From the NCBI GenBank assembly GCA_964057225.1, contig OZ059894.1, positions 5,642,001 to 5,706,000 of the forward strand: 64,000 bases of DNA, read 5' to 3'. Shown here piece after piece: positions 25,034 to 40,019 of the stretch (the first letter of the stretch is position 1; each line of letters begins with the position of its first letter). The position numbers were made by a program, and so were the translations under genes. Source of the stretch: Auanema rhodensis. Its lineage: Eukaryota > Animalia > Nematoda. Below the pieces are notes generated by a model. It ran no database searches. It saw nothing but the letters and a program-made list of their open reading frames with translations, and was not told the DNA's origin.

Positions 25034-28000
25034 TGTTACCTGAAGATTTCACGTTAAAATTGTTGTATTAAGAGAATCGAATATTCGAGCGAGGATATTA
25101 GTACGAAGAGAAAAATTGTAAACACAAGCATAAATCAATAAAGAAAAAACAAAAATTCTATTTTTATTTAATAATATAGAATGATGAAGTTGTTCTATTG
25201 AGATTTGTAAGTACAATGAAATATTTTAAAAATTTTCAAAATATGGACTAAATTCAATTTGAGGGGTTAGTTGAATCCCAAAATCAAGAGATGTCATTAG
25301 TGAGGATGCTGAAAAAGAAGTATTTAGGCAAAGAGACGCATACAAAGAGGTATTTGATATAAGAAGAAGAGAGATCATGCTCTCACATACAATTTGAATA
25401 ATTAAATAACGGGTTTTAATAGCAGTTGGATGAGATATTTAGTAGAAAAGGCTAATTTCAAAAATCTGGTCAGATTACATAATCAGCCTTCCATTTGTCC
25501 TTCCTTCCTTCCTTGATTGGTCATCAAAACTACTAAACCAATTAAATTAGAAAGAAAAATATGAAAAAATATATGTTGGTTTGAAGCAATTAAACAAAAT
25601 AAATGAGAAGATTGAGAAAAATACAAGAAAAAGCAGATAACAGAAAGAAGCTAAAAATTAATTCTAATAACACTTATCATCTTGACGATTTTAAGATGAA
25701 AATCCATCAAAAAAAGTACTCCAAATGAGAAACACGATTGAATGTGAAGTAGAAGATGAGGACGACGAATATGGAGATGGCCTGCTTCATTTATTTTGAT
25801 TCATATTAGGTAGAGGCCATGTGTATAGCCATAACATTTGTTTAATATTTCAATTACGAAAAAAAAGAAGAAAATGGAAAATGATGATTGACTAGAGTAG
25901 GTGGCTTGAGAATCTTGTATGCATATTATCGCTATATGAATATATCTGAGCAAAACCTAATATATCGAATTCTATCTTAATGAGTATACAATTCAAATCT
26001 TACCGCAAGTGTTCCGAAAAAAATAATAATGCGTTGGGCATTTTTTCCAGTAAAAAGCTTAACGTTTAGCATGCTTCAACAAAAATTTCGTTTATGTTCT
26101 ATGACAAGCATATAACAAAAATTTGAAAAATGCTCTGCGAAAATGCTATTCCTTATGTGTTTTTTCAGTAAGATAACTAAAAGGCTATTAATACGGGAAA
26201 TACTAGACCGGAAACGACGACACCATTGCTGACGATGACTACGACTAGGACGATGTCGTAGTTTCCGTCCTGTTCATGTGGCTGACAAACGATGTGGAGA
26301 GCAAAAAGAAGATGAACGACGTCATCACAAATGACGATTATTTGATCTTAGTGATAAGAGTCTGGAAACATGAGCACAGACGATATTCTTGAAAAGAATT
26401 TTCAATTTAATACGTGTAGGTAAAGAAAACATATAGCCAGACATATCAGAAAAATAAGGAATGTTGTTATCGAACGACTTTTTTTAAAAATGTAAATACG
26501 GTTTTTTATAATATTGCAAAAAAACACAATCATCAAGGAAATAGAAGATGTCTCTTTCTTTTTAATGTTGTAGAATTAACGTTAAAGCGAGTGTGAAACA
26601 CGAAGAAAACGAAAAATAGCGAGAGAAATTCATATAAAAACTAGTGTATAAGATGAAGAATATGAAAAGGTTCAGTAACAAGCAAGAAGGGTAAAAAGAT
26701 AAATAAAGTAGCTTCCCTGAAGAGCTAAAGTTTATGACCAATGGATTTAGTTTCAAATGTCTAATCTCAAAAAGAATACTTTTAGCACCGGTCTCATTGA
26801 GAGTTAAGATGCAAAAAATTGAAAATCTGTCAGAGAATGCTGCGCATGATACGCTAAGCTGTAAAGATGAAGTAAGCGATTGCCAAATATTTGGATTTTG
26901 AAGGAAGAAAATTTTATATTCAGTTGAATATGATTTGAAGTACTGAAAAGACTGATGATGTAAAAAGTACAATGAGTATTTTATTTTGCAGGAAATTGTT
27001 TCAATGTTAAAGTATATATCGAAATTTTACTATATTTGACTGATATGCTGCATGTCTTTTTTTGAAATGATTTATAATTTTTCATCAGAAAATTCAGTTA
27101 ATTCTCAGAATTCCCATGTTGTTGAAGCGGGCACCAAGCATTGTATTGAATGTGGGCATCTTCACAAAAAAATAATGATAATATATGGTTTAATGAATAA
27201 TAAACGAAAAATTAAAAAAGTTTGAATTAAAATATATCAGCTATATATTAATCTTTAAAGATTCATATTGTAATTTACATTTATGTATACTTCTAGAAAA
27301 TGATTTAATAATATTAACGATACAAATAGTAAGCATAGAGAAGAAAAGTACGAAGACCTCAGAATCAAACATGATATACTCAAACGTTAGTCACATTGGA
27401 TGACCACGCCTTGTCTGAAATATACAATGGAAACATGAAGCCTATAGGGGGGTGGGCTTTAAACTGGAGTCGGTTTTCCGGATCCGCCTCCTTGTCTTGC
27501 TCACCTCCTCTTCTTCTAATATGTATATCCTGCTTGTATATATATATATAGCAACCTTTCTAATTTCTTAGAAAATATTTTTAAGAAAGCAACTAGTATA
27601 TAAATAAAAAGTATCCGCGAGGTAGCGAAACTGGAAAAGTTTTTCCTTATTTTGTATAACTACAAGACGTGGGTGGAATTGTACAGATCAAGTAGGGTGA
27701 GAAAAATATAATTTTCAAAATAGATTGAAAACTTCAGAATCAAAGGACAACAGATTTAATAGATACTGGGATAATCCTTATAAGGTTAGCAAGTGTATTG
27801 CTATTCTTGTGTCAATCTTGATTTGCATGAAAAAAATTATGATGAAAAAACATTGTATATGTTTTGAGATAATCGAAAACCTTTATCAGATGAATGTTAA
27901 AATTAAATCCCTTATCTAATTCTTTGAAAATAAGCTTCGACGTTTTTGTTGCAGACTGAAAGATAACAAAACAAATTTTGGACAGCTTCAAACATTTACT

Positions 28001-29096
28001 TACTTAGAGTATAGGAAAAGCAGAGAATAAAGCTTTAGTTTAAGGCTAAAATTACACAAAATACAGGGATCTTCTATGTTGCAACAAGATTTTTATTTCA
28101 TGCTTGAAGCTATTTCTCAATTTGTGTTGAAATTCCAGTTGATATTTGAATAAAAAGAAAAATAATTTTTTTCAATGTTTTAACATTAAAGATCAAACTA
28201 GTGCGAGGGAAAAGCTTTGTTTGAAAACGTAAGACATGCTACATTACAAGGTATGGAATTTCTGTTAAAATTAAATTATTTGTTTAATATTTATTGCTTG
28301 TTTCTAATTTTTTCATTAAAAACTTAAATTTATATTGATATGTTTATTTTTCAAATATCAATATATATCGAGAAAAATGTTTTATTTTCAAACAAAAATG
28401 TTTTTCTTTTATGCATATCTATAGTATTTTATTGAAAAAAATCTTTGATGTTCTCTTAAAAAGGTCCAAACGGAAGTTGAATATGTGAATTGTCCTGAAA
28501 GCCTGTTTATTTGACGGAAACATGAATAAACAGAATTTGCTAACAAAGATGTACAAGTGATGTCATGAATCTGTATCAAGCATCTGAATATTTTTCTCTT
28601 TAAATGGTATTATTATTATAGTGCTTATGTGTTTGCAAACACATATGTATGTGTATATGAATATATAGTAAACTGATACTCTAAAAGTGAAAAAAAGGAC
28701 AAAAGTTATTTTAGGATTTTGAGCTGTAGATTAGAACTTTAGAATTTTTAAAAATTTTTTTAAGAATGATATGATGAAAAATAAGCATAGATTTAGAAAA
28801 AAATTGACATTTTTCTTTAGTCGAGAAAAAAATAACACACCTTATGTTTTAAGATATAAGATATTTTTATATGTCATCAGTTAAAGTGAAGTTGAAACTT
28901 GGTACGCGGATAATTATTCATTTTAAAGGATTATTTTCTTCATCAAAAAATGGGTTAGGGAGCAATTTTGAGAGCATTATTTTTTAAAATTGCAAAAATA
29001 TATCGAAAAAAATTTGAGAGCTCTTCAAAGCCATTTCAATTTACATATTTAAATAGAGTTTTGGAAGAAAATGGACTAAATTAAGAATCTTATTCG

Positions 29097-29098
<2 letters not shown>

Positions 29099-29180
<82 letters not shown>

Positions 29181-29185
29181 CACTA
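29099..29185. repeat. Compound (TA)n microsatellite with palindromic flanks
   Basis: (TA)24, then gtgt, (AT)14a, acacta. Confidence 0.95.
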
Positions 29186-32100
29186 CAAACAAATGAAAAT
29201 ACTTAATTTTTTTAGGTTTATACCTTTATTTTCAGTATAATTCTCTAATCTCTTCATTAGTTCATCTGAAGTTTATCGTTTTTATGTCTTCTCACCCGCA
29301 TCTTTATAATATTTCTCTTCATTTTATTTCTACTATTTCACATAGCTTCTCAACTTATTATTTATTGAGGGTCCTGATCTTAATAATAAGGAACAAAGTT
29401 ATGAGTACTAGATGTTACATGTAACATGTTAGTAAAAAACGCATTAAACGAACTGAAGGAAGTGAAACAAAATCTAGTTATGAAATTTAAAATTTTTTAT
29501 ATTGTATGTATATTATAAGTATCAAAAATAAAAATATATAATAAAATAAAGTTTGGTATTGATGCATTCTATAGGCATTGCTTTGTTTTTAGAAATCAAA
29601 GCCTGTAATCAATAAAATGAATACCAAAAAAAAAATCGAAAGAAAATAAAAGATTTTACACGTGAAATATACATAGATATATTTGTCCATTCAAATGTAT
29701 TTACCAATATAAGCTAATGAGAGAAGCATGATTGGCAGAAATAAAAGCGGAAAAAACTGTTCTTCTCATTGAGTAGCTCAACTATGGTTTTTATACATAT
29801 ATACATTGAAAGATTTCGTGACTGAAGTAATCACTACAAATTTCTTAAGTGACAAATAAGAATACGAATATTGGAATGTACATCCTGTTTCTTCCTCCAA
29901 TGAACTAGATAGTGATGTCTGTATTAATGGTGAAGGAATGAAGCAAAAGAGCACTATTGGACACAATGTTAGAGGATGAGACTTAGAAATTATATATACT
30001 ACAAATATGTTAAAGTATTTTGACAATTAACATAATTATTTAATTATATGCCAACAGTATAGCCAATAACATCGTATAATTTATGTATTATTTCATACTT
30101 TTTCATATGTGCCGCTGTTATTGTAACCGAACATACGTCACTTTATGTATTTAGACGGAAATAATAACGGATATCTTAGTTCTCGATCAACTAAAGTGGA
30201 TCTTCAAATATCAGATTTTGACAACTATTATCACTTGAAAAATTAAAAAAAAGAAAAAGAACACAAAGAAGTGACGATATATTGAGGAATATATGGGAAA
30301 AGAAAGAGAGAAGAATGTTGAAAAGGTAGGAAAAGTGAGTAAGAAAAAGAGAAAAAAAAGAGTCTAAGGGTATAAAAGAAAAATAGATATATGATGAAAA
30401 TTAGATATAGTACAAACCACGTAACAAGGAAATGATATAATGGGTTGAACAAGCATGATTTATTTCCTAATTCGTCACACAATAAGTCACCAGAAAAGAG
30501 CAACAAAGTTCAGAAAAAATCCCAAAGAGAAAATAATGAAAGATTCTCATTATTCCTGTCATTCGTTTGAGGCTCCTTCCTTTTTTCTCATGTGCGCTTA
30601 TTGCTCCATAAGGCCAATAAACAAGCGAATAACGTTGACGTTTCCGTATGTTAAATGCCCGTAATATCCCTTTAGGGGTCAAAAAATTTTCAAAAAAAAA
30701 GATGGATTTTGGTTCAAGAGATAGAAAAGGCCAGGAAAGAGCAAAAGAGATTTCAACAGAACTGAGTTCAGTAATCTATTTGAGGTAATCTCTCAAAATT
30801 TTGATGTGAGAAAGATTACGAGAAAGGGAACAACGGTCGAAGAGAAATAGAGAAAAAGAAAAAATGTGAATTACTAAGCTGATTGAAAAGCTTTTCAAGT
30901 GCCGATCAATCCAACCATCAACGTATTTCAATTCTTAACCTTAGTTCAGAAGATTCACATCAACTAAATGCATCTATCAATAAGTAAGGTATGCAACATG
31001 AGATAGAGTAGTGAAAATTTATGAAAACAAAAAACCTGAAAATAATCAATTTATTGTATAAGCATTATTTTTAAATTATTAACTCAGAAAAAGTGAAATA
31101 TATTTAAAGGAACAACAATTAATACAAGATATGTGTGATTTTCATCTTCTTTGCTAAAAAGCTATTATTCACTTATTAAAAATCTTTGATATAGAAGTGA
31201 GAAAAATTAATGAAATGGGAATTTAAAATCTGTACTAGTGAATAGTAAATTAGTTATTCGATGCTGTCGACCATATTGAATAACCTTAGTTTAATACTCA
31301 AGTTTTTAGGTTTTCTTTCGTTGTTGCCGTCATGAGTTTGTCGTTGCTATCTCACATAGGCAGAAATGTCTAGTATGATGAGCTTATTTCTAATGTTCTT
31401 CATGTGAATTCAACCGAGCTTTAAGAAATTGAAACGACAGATTCTTCAAATGATATTTGTAGGCTATGAGAAGTCTTCAAGAAAATAATGTTAGATACTT
31501 ATATAGAAAACGATAGGACAAGTCAATGAGATCTGCGATAAATATCAACGAAAACTGAGTATAAAATGAGTGTGAGGGTGGAAATAGAAGTGAATATGTA
31601 GATTAAGATATTTCACTTGGATTACCAAATGACTTCGGAAGTTATGACGTCTTATAACTTCAGGAAGATGTCGAAAAGTTTTAAACAGAAAATTCAATGA
31701 CCACAGCAATGTTGAATAAGTGTTAAAATTTTGGAAAACTTAGCACTTCAAGAATATGACGTCATTAAGTATATGCTAAACTGTCTTAATATAAATAATT
31801 AGTGTTAGAACATTGATATATATGCGTGTGTAAAATGTTTTAGTAGTAGCCGTTTTTTTAAAGTTTGTTGTCTCAAAAAAAAAAATAATATTAATCATTC
31901 AAATAAACCAGTCGATAAATTATTCAGCTATAGTTTCAACCTATAATTTCTTTTTTTCAAGTAACTGAACTTATAAGGATTAAAGATGAAGCCAAGATAT
32001 AGTATATGATATATATATATTATAAATTTCTATATTTTCGTAACATTCAAGCGTAAAGATGCGAATATTTTGGCATTCTAAATGGCTAATAACTTTATAA

Positions 32101-35100
32101 AGCTACAAAGAGTAGGAAAATCTTTCAAGCTAAATAACTGTGTTAACCACCCTCAAAAAAGAACAATTATAGTCAGAATGAACATTTAAGATCGTGGGAA
32201 GATTTGAAGCTTTCAGTAATCTTAGTCAGGCATGCTTTTAAACGTTTTTATAGAAAATGGACTTATTATGGGAAAAAGAGCCGAAGATTATCATTCAAAT
32301 TAGATAAAGGAAGAGAGATAAAAGTTTAAAAGAAGCTGTAAATAACAGTTATTTGGGAGAAATCCCACTGTTTGAAAGTGTATATGTCTGTATCAGAATT
32401 GGAATTCCTATTTCGCTGGAAACCGGGATGAGCAAATGAACCGTTAACCAGATTGCAAGCGGTAAGTAGAAACGTTAAAATCGGATTTCATGGCTTCTGT
32501 TATGAAAATAGATCCACGCCTTCAATAAATTGTGTGAGGAAACCTTTTCATACATCAAGTGGTACTAAACTGTGTTTCCGGACGTGATAAATGAAAAATA
32601 TGTGAAAATTTGTTTACAAAAACATTTTATCATCCCATTAATTTTTTTATTAACTAGGTATGAAATATAATGTACATGTGACTATATATATATATATATA
32701 TTTACGTATATCTTTATATATATAATATCCGTATGTAATATGTAACACTTTTCCTGGTTCTCGAAAGAAAGCATTTTTTTAACTTTCATCGTATTTTACT
32801 TTGTTGACATCGTATGCTGTAGATGCAGTCTACTATATTTCCTGTCATCAACTTTACCTTTAACAGGTAACTAATTTTATTGCCATTAGTACTACTTTGC
32901 ATATTAATAGGTTGTGTATGGCCATATGAGTATACGGTGCTTGTGTTTTTGGGAGTGAAAAAAGAAAATATTTCATCGATAACGCATTATCATGTGTTTG
33001 TTCATGACATCGTGGGATATTTCAATATTTTGAATGACGAATGAAAGATACTGTGAGGATGACCTGACTATATAAAAAAACAAATCTTGTTACCCAAAAG
33101 TGTATTAAATGGGATAGGGTAAAAATATTTTTCGATGTTGACATAAAGTTTTAGAAAATTATTGAAGAGGGAAGAGAACATCATTTTTTCTATTCAAGTT
33201 CATTCCAAGTTTAAGAATTAAAAAACCCACTGCTCTTAGGACAAAGAGCATCAAAAAGCTCTCATTTCTATAGATATAACAGATCTTGTTTCTATTTTAT
33301 ATATTATATAATTCTAGCAAAAAAAAAGTTTAAAAATGACCTGTTGTGATTTTCAACTCTATCCGATGAAATGTTATGTTAATGGATAGATTCAGTATTA
33401 GTAGCTGTGGGTATAAAATTACAAACTAAAAAATATTTATGTCCATGTGTCGAAGTTAAAGTGAAAATGGAATAGTAGTTGGTGACCATCGGCGTTCGGA
33501 TATTATTGAAAAATCAAGCATTAAGCAAAATTTAATTCAAAATATAATAAGGATTTCACCAAAGTTTGTGTTAATTTGTATAATGTATTTTAAAAACTCA
33601 AACAATCCTGTAACTATATGCTCATTGTATATGTATATGAAATGTCCATAACATATGTCTTAATGTTGCACTTTTGAACATTTTCATCCTATTAACCAAA
33701 AAACATTCTGTTATTTTTTGGAACGAAAATTCGAATTGCATAGGAATACGTATCCCATGTACAAGGTCATAAAATTATATTTCACCCTCTGCTGACTCAC
33801 CAAACATGGTCAGAACATGAAAAATCACTTCAAAAGTTATAAAAAAACGGAAATGGTATATTTAAATTTTAAACTGTGGTATAAACCCGAGAAATCAATC
33901 AATTGTTAATGGAAAATTGTTGTTAGGCTCATGACGAAGAACTTAACATATAATTGAAGCTCTGAGGGATTAAACTATTAATATGTGAAAACCTCTTTAT
34001 CCATGAACATGAAAAATTCTCAGAATTAATGAATTACTGAGCTAACTTTTTGATATGTTTCTTTGCTCTCTTGGCTTCGTAGAGAAGAAAATAAAGTAGA
34101 ATCAGAAATCCAAGAAAGTAGGAGAAAACGTGAAAAGAGCAAAGAAAGTAAGAGAGACAAACATATATACATAGATAGAGAAATGAAATAGTGATGCAAT
34201 TTGAAGAAGACAAGATAATCATTGAAAATTCCGAAGCTTTCTAATCAAAAGAGCGCAACCAAGCAAAGTAATATTACCCATGTATCTTCTTTGAAAATAT
34301 CCATTAGTCACCCCCCTATAGTACTATATAAGTCATCATAATAGGAATAAATTATAAGATATATTTAATATGCCTCCAGTGCGAAATCACAGAAAAGTGT
34401 GAAAATTATGCGAAATATAACAATGATTTTTATAAGAAAATGTTTTTAAGTTACCTAAGCATGAGCATAAATCTGTGATTCGTCAAATTATAATACAAAT
34501 ATTGAGCAATATCTCAATTTCCAAAAGGCTTTCAGTTGAAAGATGGACTTTCAGAAATTAAAAAACAGTGATGTTAAGAGAAAATTTAAGAAAAAAGAAC
34601 TAAAGAGCCGTTTCAAGCTTAGGCTGTGTCACAGAAGATTGTATCTCTGCCTTCACATTTTTTTAATTTTCTAATTATTATTTCATCTACCTTCCTAATG
34701 AATTTTTGGCTTCTTTTATTTTTCAATTTATTTATTTCCCGAAATCTCACTTTGTGTTTTTTCTCTATCAATTCTTCTTATTCTTTCGGTATTATTCAAC
34801 ATTTAAGTATTTTTTCGAGATCCTTATTTCAACGATAAAGTTAGAATATGAGATAAATCGAAATGATGTTGATCGTGTTCATCATCGTCAACTTCCTCCT
34901 CGTCATCAGTATTATAAAACTTGTACAAGCGATTAGTATATTCTATGAGATTACTAGATAATAAAATAAATACGTGTATAAAGACTTGCTCATAAAACAA
35001 AATGGTTCCAATAAAATTCGGCAAACCGAGAACACCACTCTCTCTGCTCTCTCTGACTAACCTTTACCTTGTTTCTCATAGAACTCTTCTTTTCTCCAGA

Positions 35101-38100
35101 TTCCTATATCATCATTCTACCTCAATATGACGATAGCTCTTTTCTAAACAAAAAGTGATATGCTGTATACCAGACAAACTTAATGAAAAACGGTGAAAAA
35201 TGTTTTGGAAATAGAATGCTCATTTTCGGAAACAAACAATTTTCAAACTGTATAGTACACAAATTAAAACATTTTCTCTATTTATCAAACTTTAGAAAAT
35301 GCTTAGTGAACATAAAAGTTAACAAAAACACTGTTATATAGTAAAATATACATATAGTATTTATAAAACTATCACTATTTTTAAGAAAATATTAAGAAAA
35401 TCTTTTTGGTAAGTGTAGAAATGATCATTGCAGTAGAATATATTCAAATAATCATCAAAAGAGTTTCAAATTAATTTCATAACAAACGAATATGATCAGT
35501 AGAATAAAATTAAAGCCCCAGGCCAATTGAGGTTCTCGCATCTAATGAAATTCTAAGTATACTTAAAGGATCTAGTATTCACTATATGTGAATCTCTGAG
35601 ATCTCTCAAACTATTCAAACAAATAATATCAAACTATTATTCAAAAGTAATCACAAACTTTAAATAAAGTTTTCATTTTGAATTAAGAAATACGTAAGAT
35701 GATACAAATGTTTTTCACGTTATTCATACTATTATATAAGAAAGATGAACGAAAGATTAGAAGAAAAGCAAATACTTTTTTTAATATACCATTTTTAACT
35801 TTAATAGTTTGGTTTTCTTTCGGATATAAAAATAAAAAAATTAAGTGTTTTGTGAAAGTTTGGAAGTAAAATTTTTGTAGATGCAAGATGGAAAATTCTG
35901 TTTATGTTTTAAGAAAAAATAACTTTCATTTTAATTTTTTAAATTAAGTATTACAGTAAATGTATTGATCGTAAACATAGGTTAAAGAATTATTAATAAA
36001 CAGATCCTACAACACTGCAAATGTGATTGGAAATGTATTAAGCACATACATATGTTTCTTAGATAACTTAGGTGGATAGGCATATATAGGTGCGAAAACA
36101 AGATCTGGAAAATTTAAATCTATTTCTATTTACAGGAAAATAGTTTTGTTTTGATTTATCGACACTTTTTCATTATTCAGAATAAATTTTTTTAGTTTTT
36201 CAGAGAATCAAATGAAAAAGCAAAAAATACGATCGCTCATTAAAACAAAGATATGACAAAGGTGTTGGCGACTTATTATGTTCACGTGATTTACATTGCT
36301 CTATATTTGGAAAATTTGTTGAAATATCAAATTGAGTACTTTGATGTATAGAGTATTCTATGTACTTGTATTAAAAAAATATTTTATACTAGTTCCGTAC
36401 TTTTTTTATAAGAATTATTCAGTGAAAAAAAAAGTTGAATGACTGTTTTTTTTCATTTCATAAATATTAGTTAATACTCTATTAGAAAACAAAAAAAAGT
36501 GTTTTTTTTTTCAATTTGGTATCAAAACATTTTATGAGTATATGATGTGTTTGACTAGAAAATCTTTGTTAAAAAACGAATAAAAATGCTACAAGAACTT
36601 TAAATAAAATTTTAGCTCTATATGGAATTTTTAGAATTGTAAGATTAAAGAATAAAGAAGATTAGAATCGGGTTCAAAAGAAGAAATGATTATGAAACAA
36701 ACGGAACTTTGCAGGAGAACGTAGATGATGAGAAAATTTTCCTTCGATGAAAATGGTGCTTCGGATAAAGTTATATTTCAACTACTTAAGGGATCTGAAT
36801 GGTTAAGTCAAGATGAATAAGTTAAGACCTATTGAGAAAAAAATAAATCAAGTATTCCGGATGTCCTTTGATTTCTTTGGTGCAACCCTATGAGGAATTT
36901 CTAAAGTTCATCGGTTGTGGTCAACGAAAAACAGAACAAGTTGTGCCAAGCTGCCATAGAAATTCACACTATTCCTGAGTAAATGGGTTCATTTCCGTTT
37001 TTTCATATTCCTAGCAATTTATTTAAATTGAAAAAAATATTCCTCATTTTTAAATAGCCAATGATTGTTGATCTGAGCTTTATTTAAAATTAGTTAGTGC
37101 TTCTAGTTGGTTTTTAGCTCATTGAAAGTTTTACAAAATTTAAATTGACACGGTTGCTATATAGGTAGAGTGGCAGAGGACAGTTATATTGATATTAAAC
37201 CAAAAGTAACAATATAATTCATGAAAAACACTTTAACTCTATTAACTGAAATTGTTGTACCTCAGTGAAGTTATTCTTGAAGATTATAAGCAGATTTGCT
37301 TATGAGAAATAAATGAAATGATTAATCAGGAAATAGCTGAATTGCTGGTGGTCATAAGCTTTATCGATGACAAGTTCGTAACATCTGAAATGTACATACG
37401 TTGAATATATTTGAGAACATGAAATAGCAGTTTTACGTACATAAGGATATGTACATGTATCTTATCTTAGAAAACAATTAATATGTGAATATAATACTTA
37501 GTAAAATATAGTAATGATTTTATTGTTCATGTCAATGACGTTTCGCGTTGATGATCACATCATTCGCCCAGTCACACCGCGATTATCAAAATGTTCTTTA
37601 AGATTTTAACTGATGAGACTGACTTAAGCGCTTAAGAAAGATGAATGTTTAAATGATCAAGCTCTCAAAATGATCAAATGTACAAAGCGAAACTTTTAAA
37701 AAGTAGAATGAAAATTCTTTTCCAAGTCTAGCTTAGGAAAACTAGTTTAATGTGTAATCAGACAGAAGGGAGAGGAAAACTTTCAAGTTACTTACTAATG
37801 GAATTGAGTATTTGAATAAATGATAATAAATAAATTATTTTGTGTTCTCGATAACATATCTCATATGCAATTTTGTAGAGGATGTCCCGGATAATTTTTT
37901 TTCATCATCATCATCTTTTCCATGTTACAAATAAAAATTGAGTTCATAATTAGTGAATAGTAAAATGTAACTGAACTTGGAGACATAAAAAATAGTTTGT
38001 AATTATATTCTTGTATTATTATATACAATATACGATCATTTTTGATATGAATTAAAATAAATTCTGAGAATTCAATTCAATAATTCCGCTCTTTCAAGTC

Positions 38101-38193
38101 ATGAAGCACATTTTAACAATATTATGGATACTAGAATGTTAAATGCATGTATATGCACATGTATGCATATGTATATACGATTTGATGATTATG

Positions 38194-38197
<4 letters not shown>

Positions 38198-38263
<66 letters not shown>
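38198..38263. repeat. (AT)n microsatellite
   Basis: ~66 bp perfect alternating AT. Confidence 0.95.
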
Positions 38264-38267
<4 letters not shown>

Positions 38268-39661
38268 ACACATATAACTTAATATATTAACTTTGTTACT
38301 TCAACCTTAGCATGATATGTTTATGTTAAGCAAGTTTTTCTCTACTAGCATCATTATGCATTATATTTATTAATAAGAACTGATTATTTGAGAACTGCAT
38401 CTTAATTATGTAGATACATATATGTATATGCATATACCACATATCTATGCTTATATACTCATATAGTAAAAGTAAAATTATTAGAAAACTAATGATATTG
38501 CTTAAAGTTGTCTAGCAGAGCAGTAGAAAATATTTTTTTTAATTGACACATTTTTCTTCATTATAGTTTTTCATATTCAGTTTAACTAATGGAGGAAAAA
38601 AGAAATCTGCAAATTTTCGAAAAATGTATAAGAGCATACAAGAATACAAGTAAATTTGTGCATTTCGTTAAACGGCTAATTCGAAAAATAGTTAAGTGTT
38701 TTAATATTGTACTACAGAATAATAAATGAAGATGAACAATGTTTTCGAATTATGACACAAACTGCAGAATTTAAAAAAATACATTTAAACTTAATAATAT
38801 AATATATAATTCACCTACTTCAGAACATTCATAATTTTTACTTCTGAATAGCAATTTAAAATTTTGGTTAAACATTTTATATGAAACAAATTGCTTATCA
38901 TATATTTAATCTTTATTTCGAAATAAGAATAATTTTTGATTAAATTGAAAAAATCAACCGTTCATCATATGTCCACATAATTAAATAAACTTCATTTACT
39001 ATATTCACGTATTAGTCTTTAATCTGCATATTTATCATAATCGAATGTTTAGATATTATAATGTTTATTTGATTTCTTATTTAATAAAAGATTTTTCTGA
39101 GTTTAAAAGAACATATTACATATGTATGTATACATACATATATGCATATCTATTGTGAGCATGTTTATTCTTACTTTAATTGTTTCAAATATGAAATCAA
39201 TGTAAATCAAACTTAGTTTTTATATTAATAATATGGAAATGTAAATATATTCATATTTATGTTTTATATTATATTTTTATAATATATCAAACAATAGTGG
39301 AGAAATAAGGTTCCTGAAGCTTAAGTATATTGGAAGTTTGATACTGTGCACCAAAGAAAAAGGAGATTATAAATAGATTTTTTCCATTTGAAAAATATAT
39401 TATAATATACATGTGTACATACAAAAAATATGTAAATCCGAGACCAATCTTTTACAGATGTTATAATTACATCATTTTGTATCAAGTTATCTCTAAAACA
39501 AACTTTATTTTTTTCGAATATAATAAATATTAAAAAAATATTTATTTTGGCTGGTACTTTCATATCAAATACCAAGGATTTTGTTACATCTCAGATTGAT
39601 AATCTTTATGATTGAATGTCATTTTTTTCGTTTCATTTTGTTTTCAATTACAGAAATATTC

Positions 39662-39665
39662 TATA

Positions 39666-39741
<76 letters not shown>
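39662..39741. repeat. (TA)n microsatellite downstream of nlp-9
   Basis: ~80 bp alternating AT with one G interruption. Confidence 0.95.
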
Positions 39742-39744
<3 letters not shown>

Positions 39745-40019
39745 GAAGAAATTATATAAGTCGAAACATTACATAATCTAAGAGTATTCTACTTCTTCTG
39801 CTGTGATTTATGTAACACATATAACGATTATTTTTACAAAAACGTTTATTTTCTTGATATTAATATGTTATAGTCAACTGACGAATATAAGTTAATTTAA
39901 AAGTTTTTACAAAACATTTATTTTTTTTTGTTCAACGAAGAGCATAGGTGAACAACCTCTTTATGGTGATAAGCAACACATATAAAGCTTAAGTTGAAAA
40001 AAACGCTCAAAAGTATTTC

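Noticed and set aside
34824-35024. ORF with acidic run DDEEEVDDDEHD
   Set aside because: Low-complexity triplet patch without a convincing start or neighbouring exons.
36700-36980. GC-richer, coding-looking stretch
   Set aside because: Stops in all frames and no recognisable homology or consistent splice pattern.
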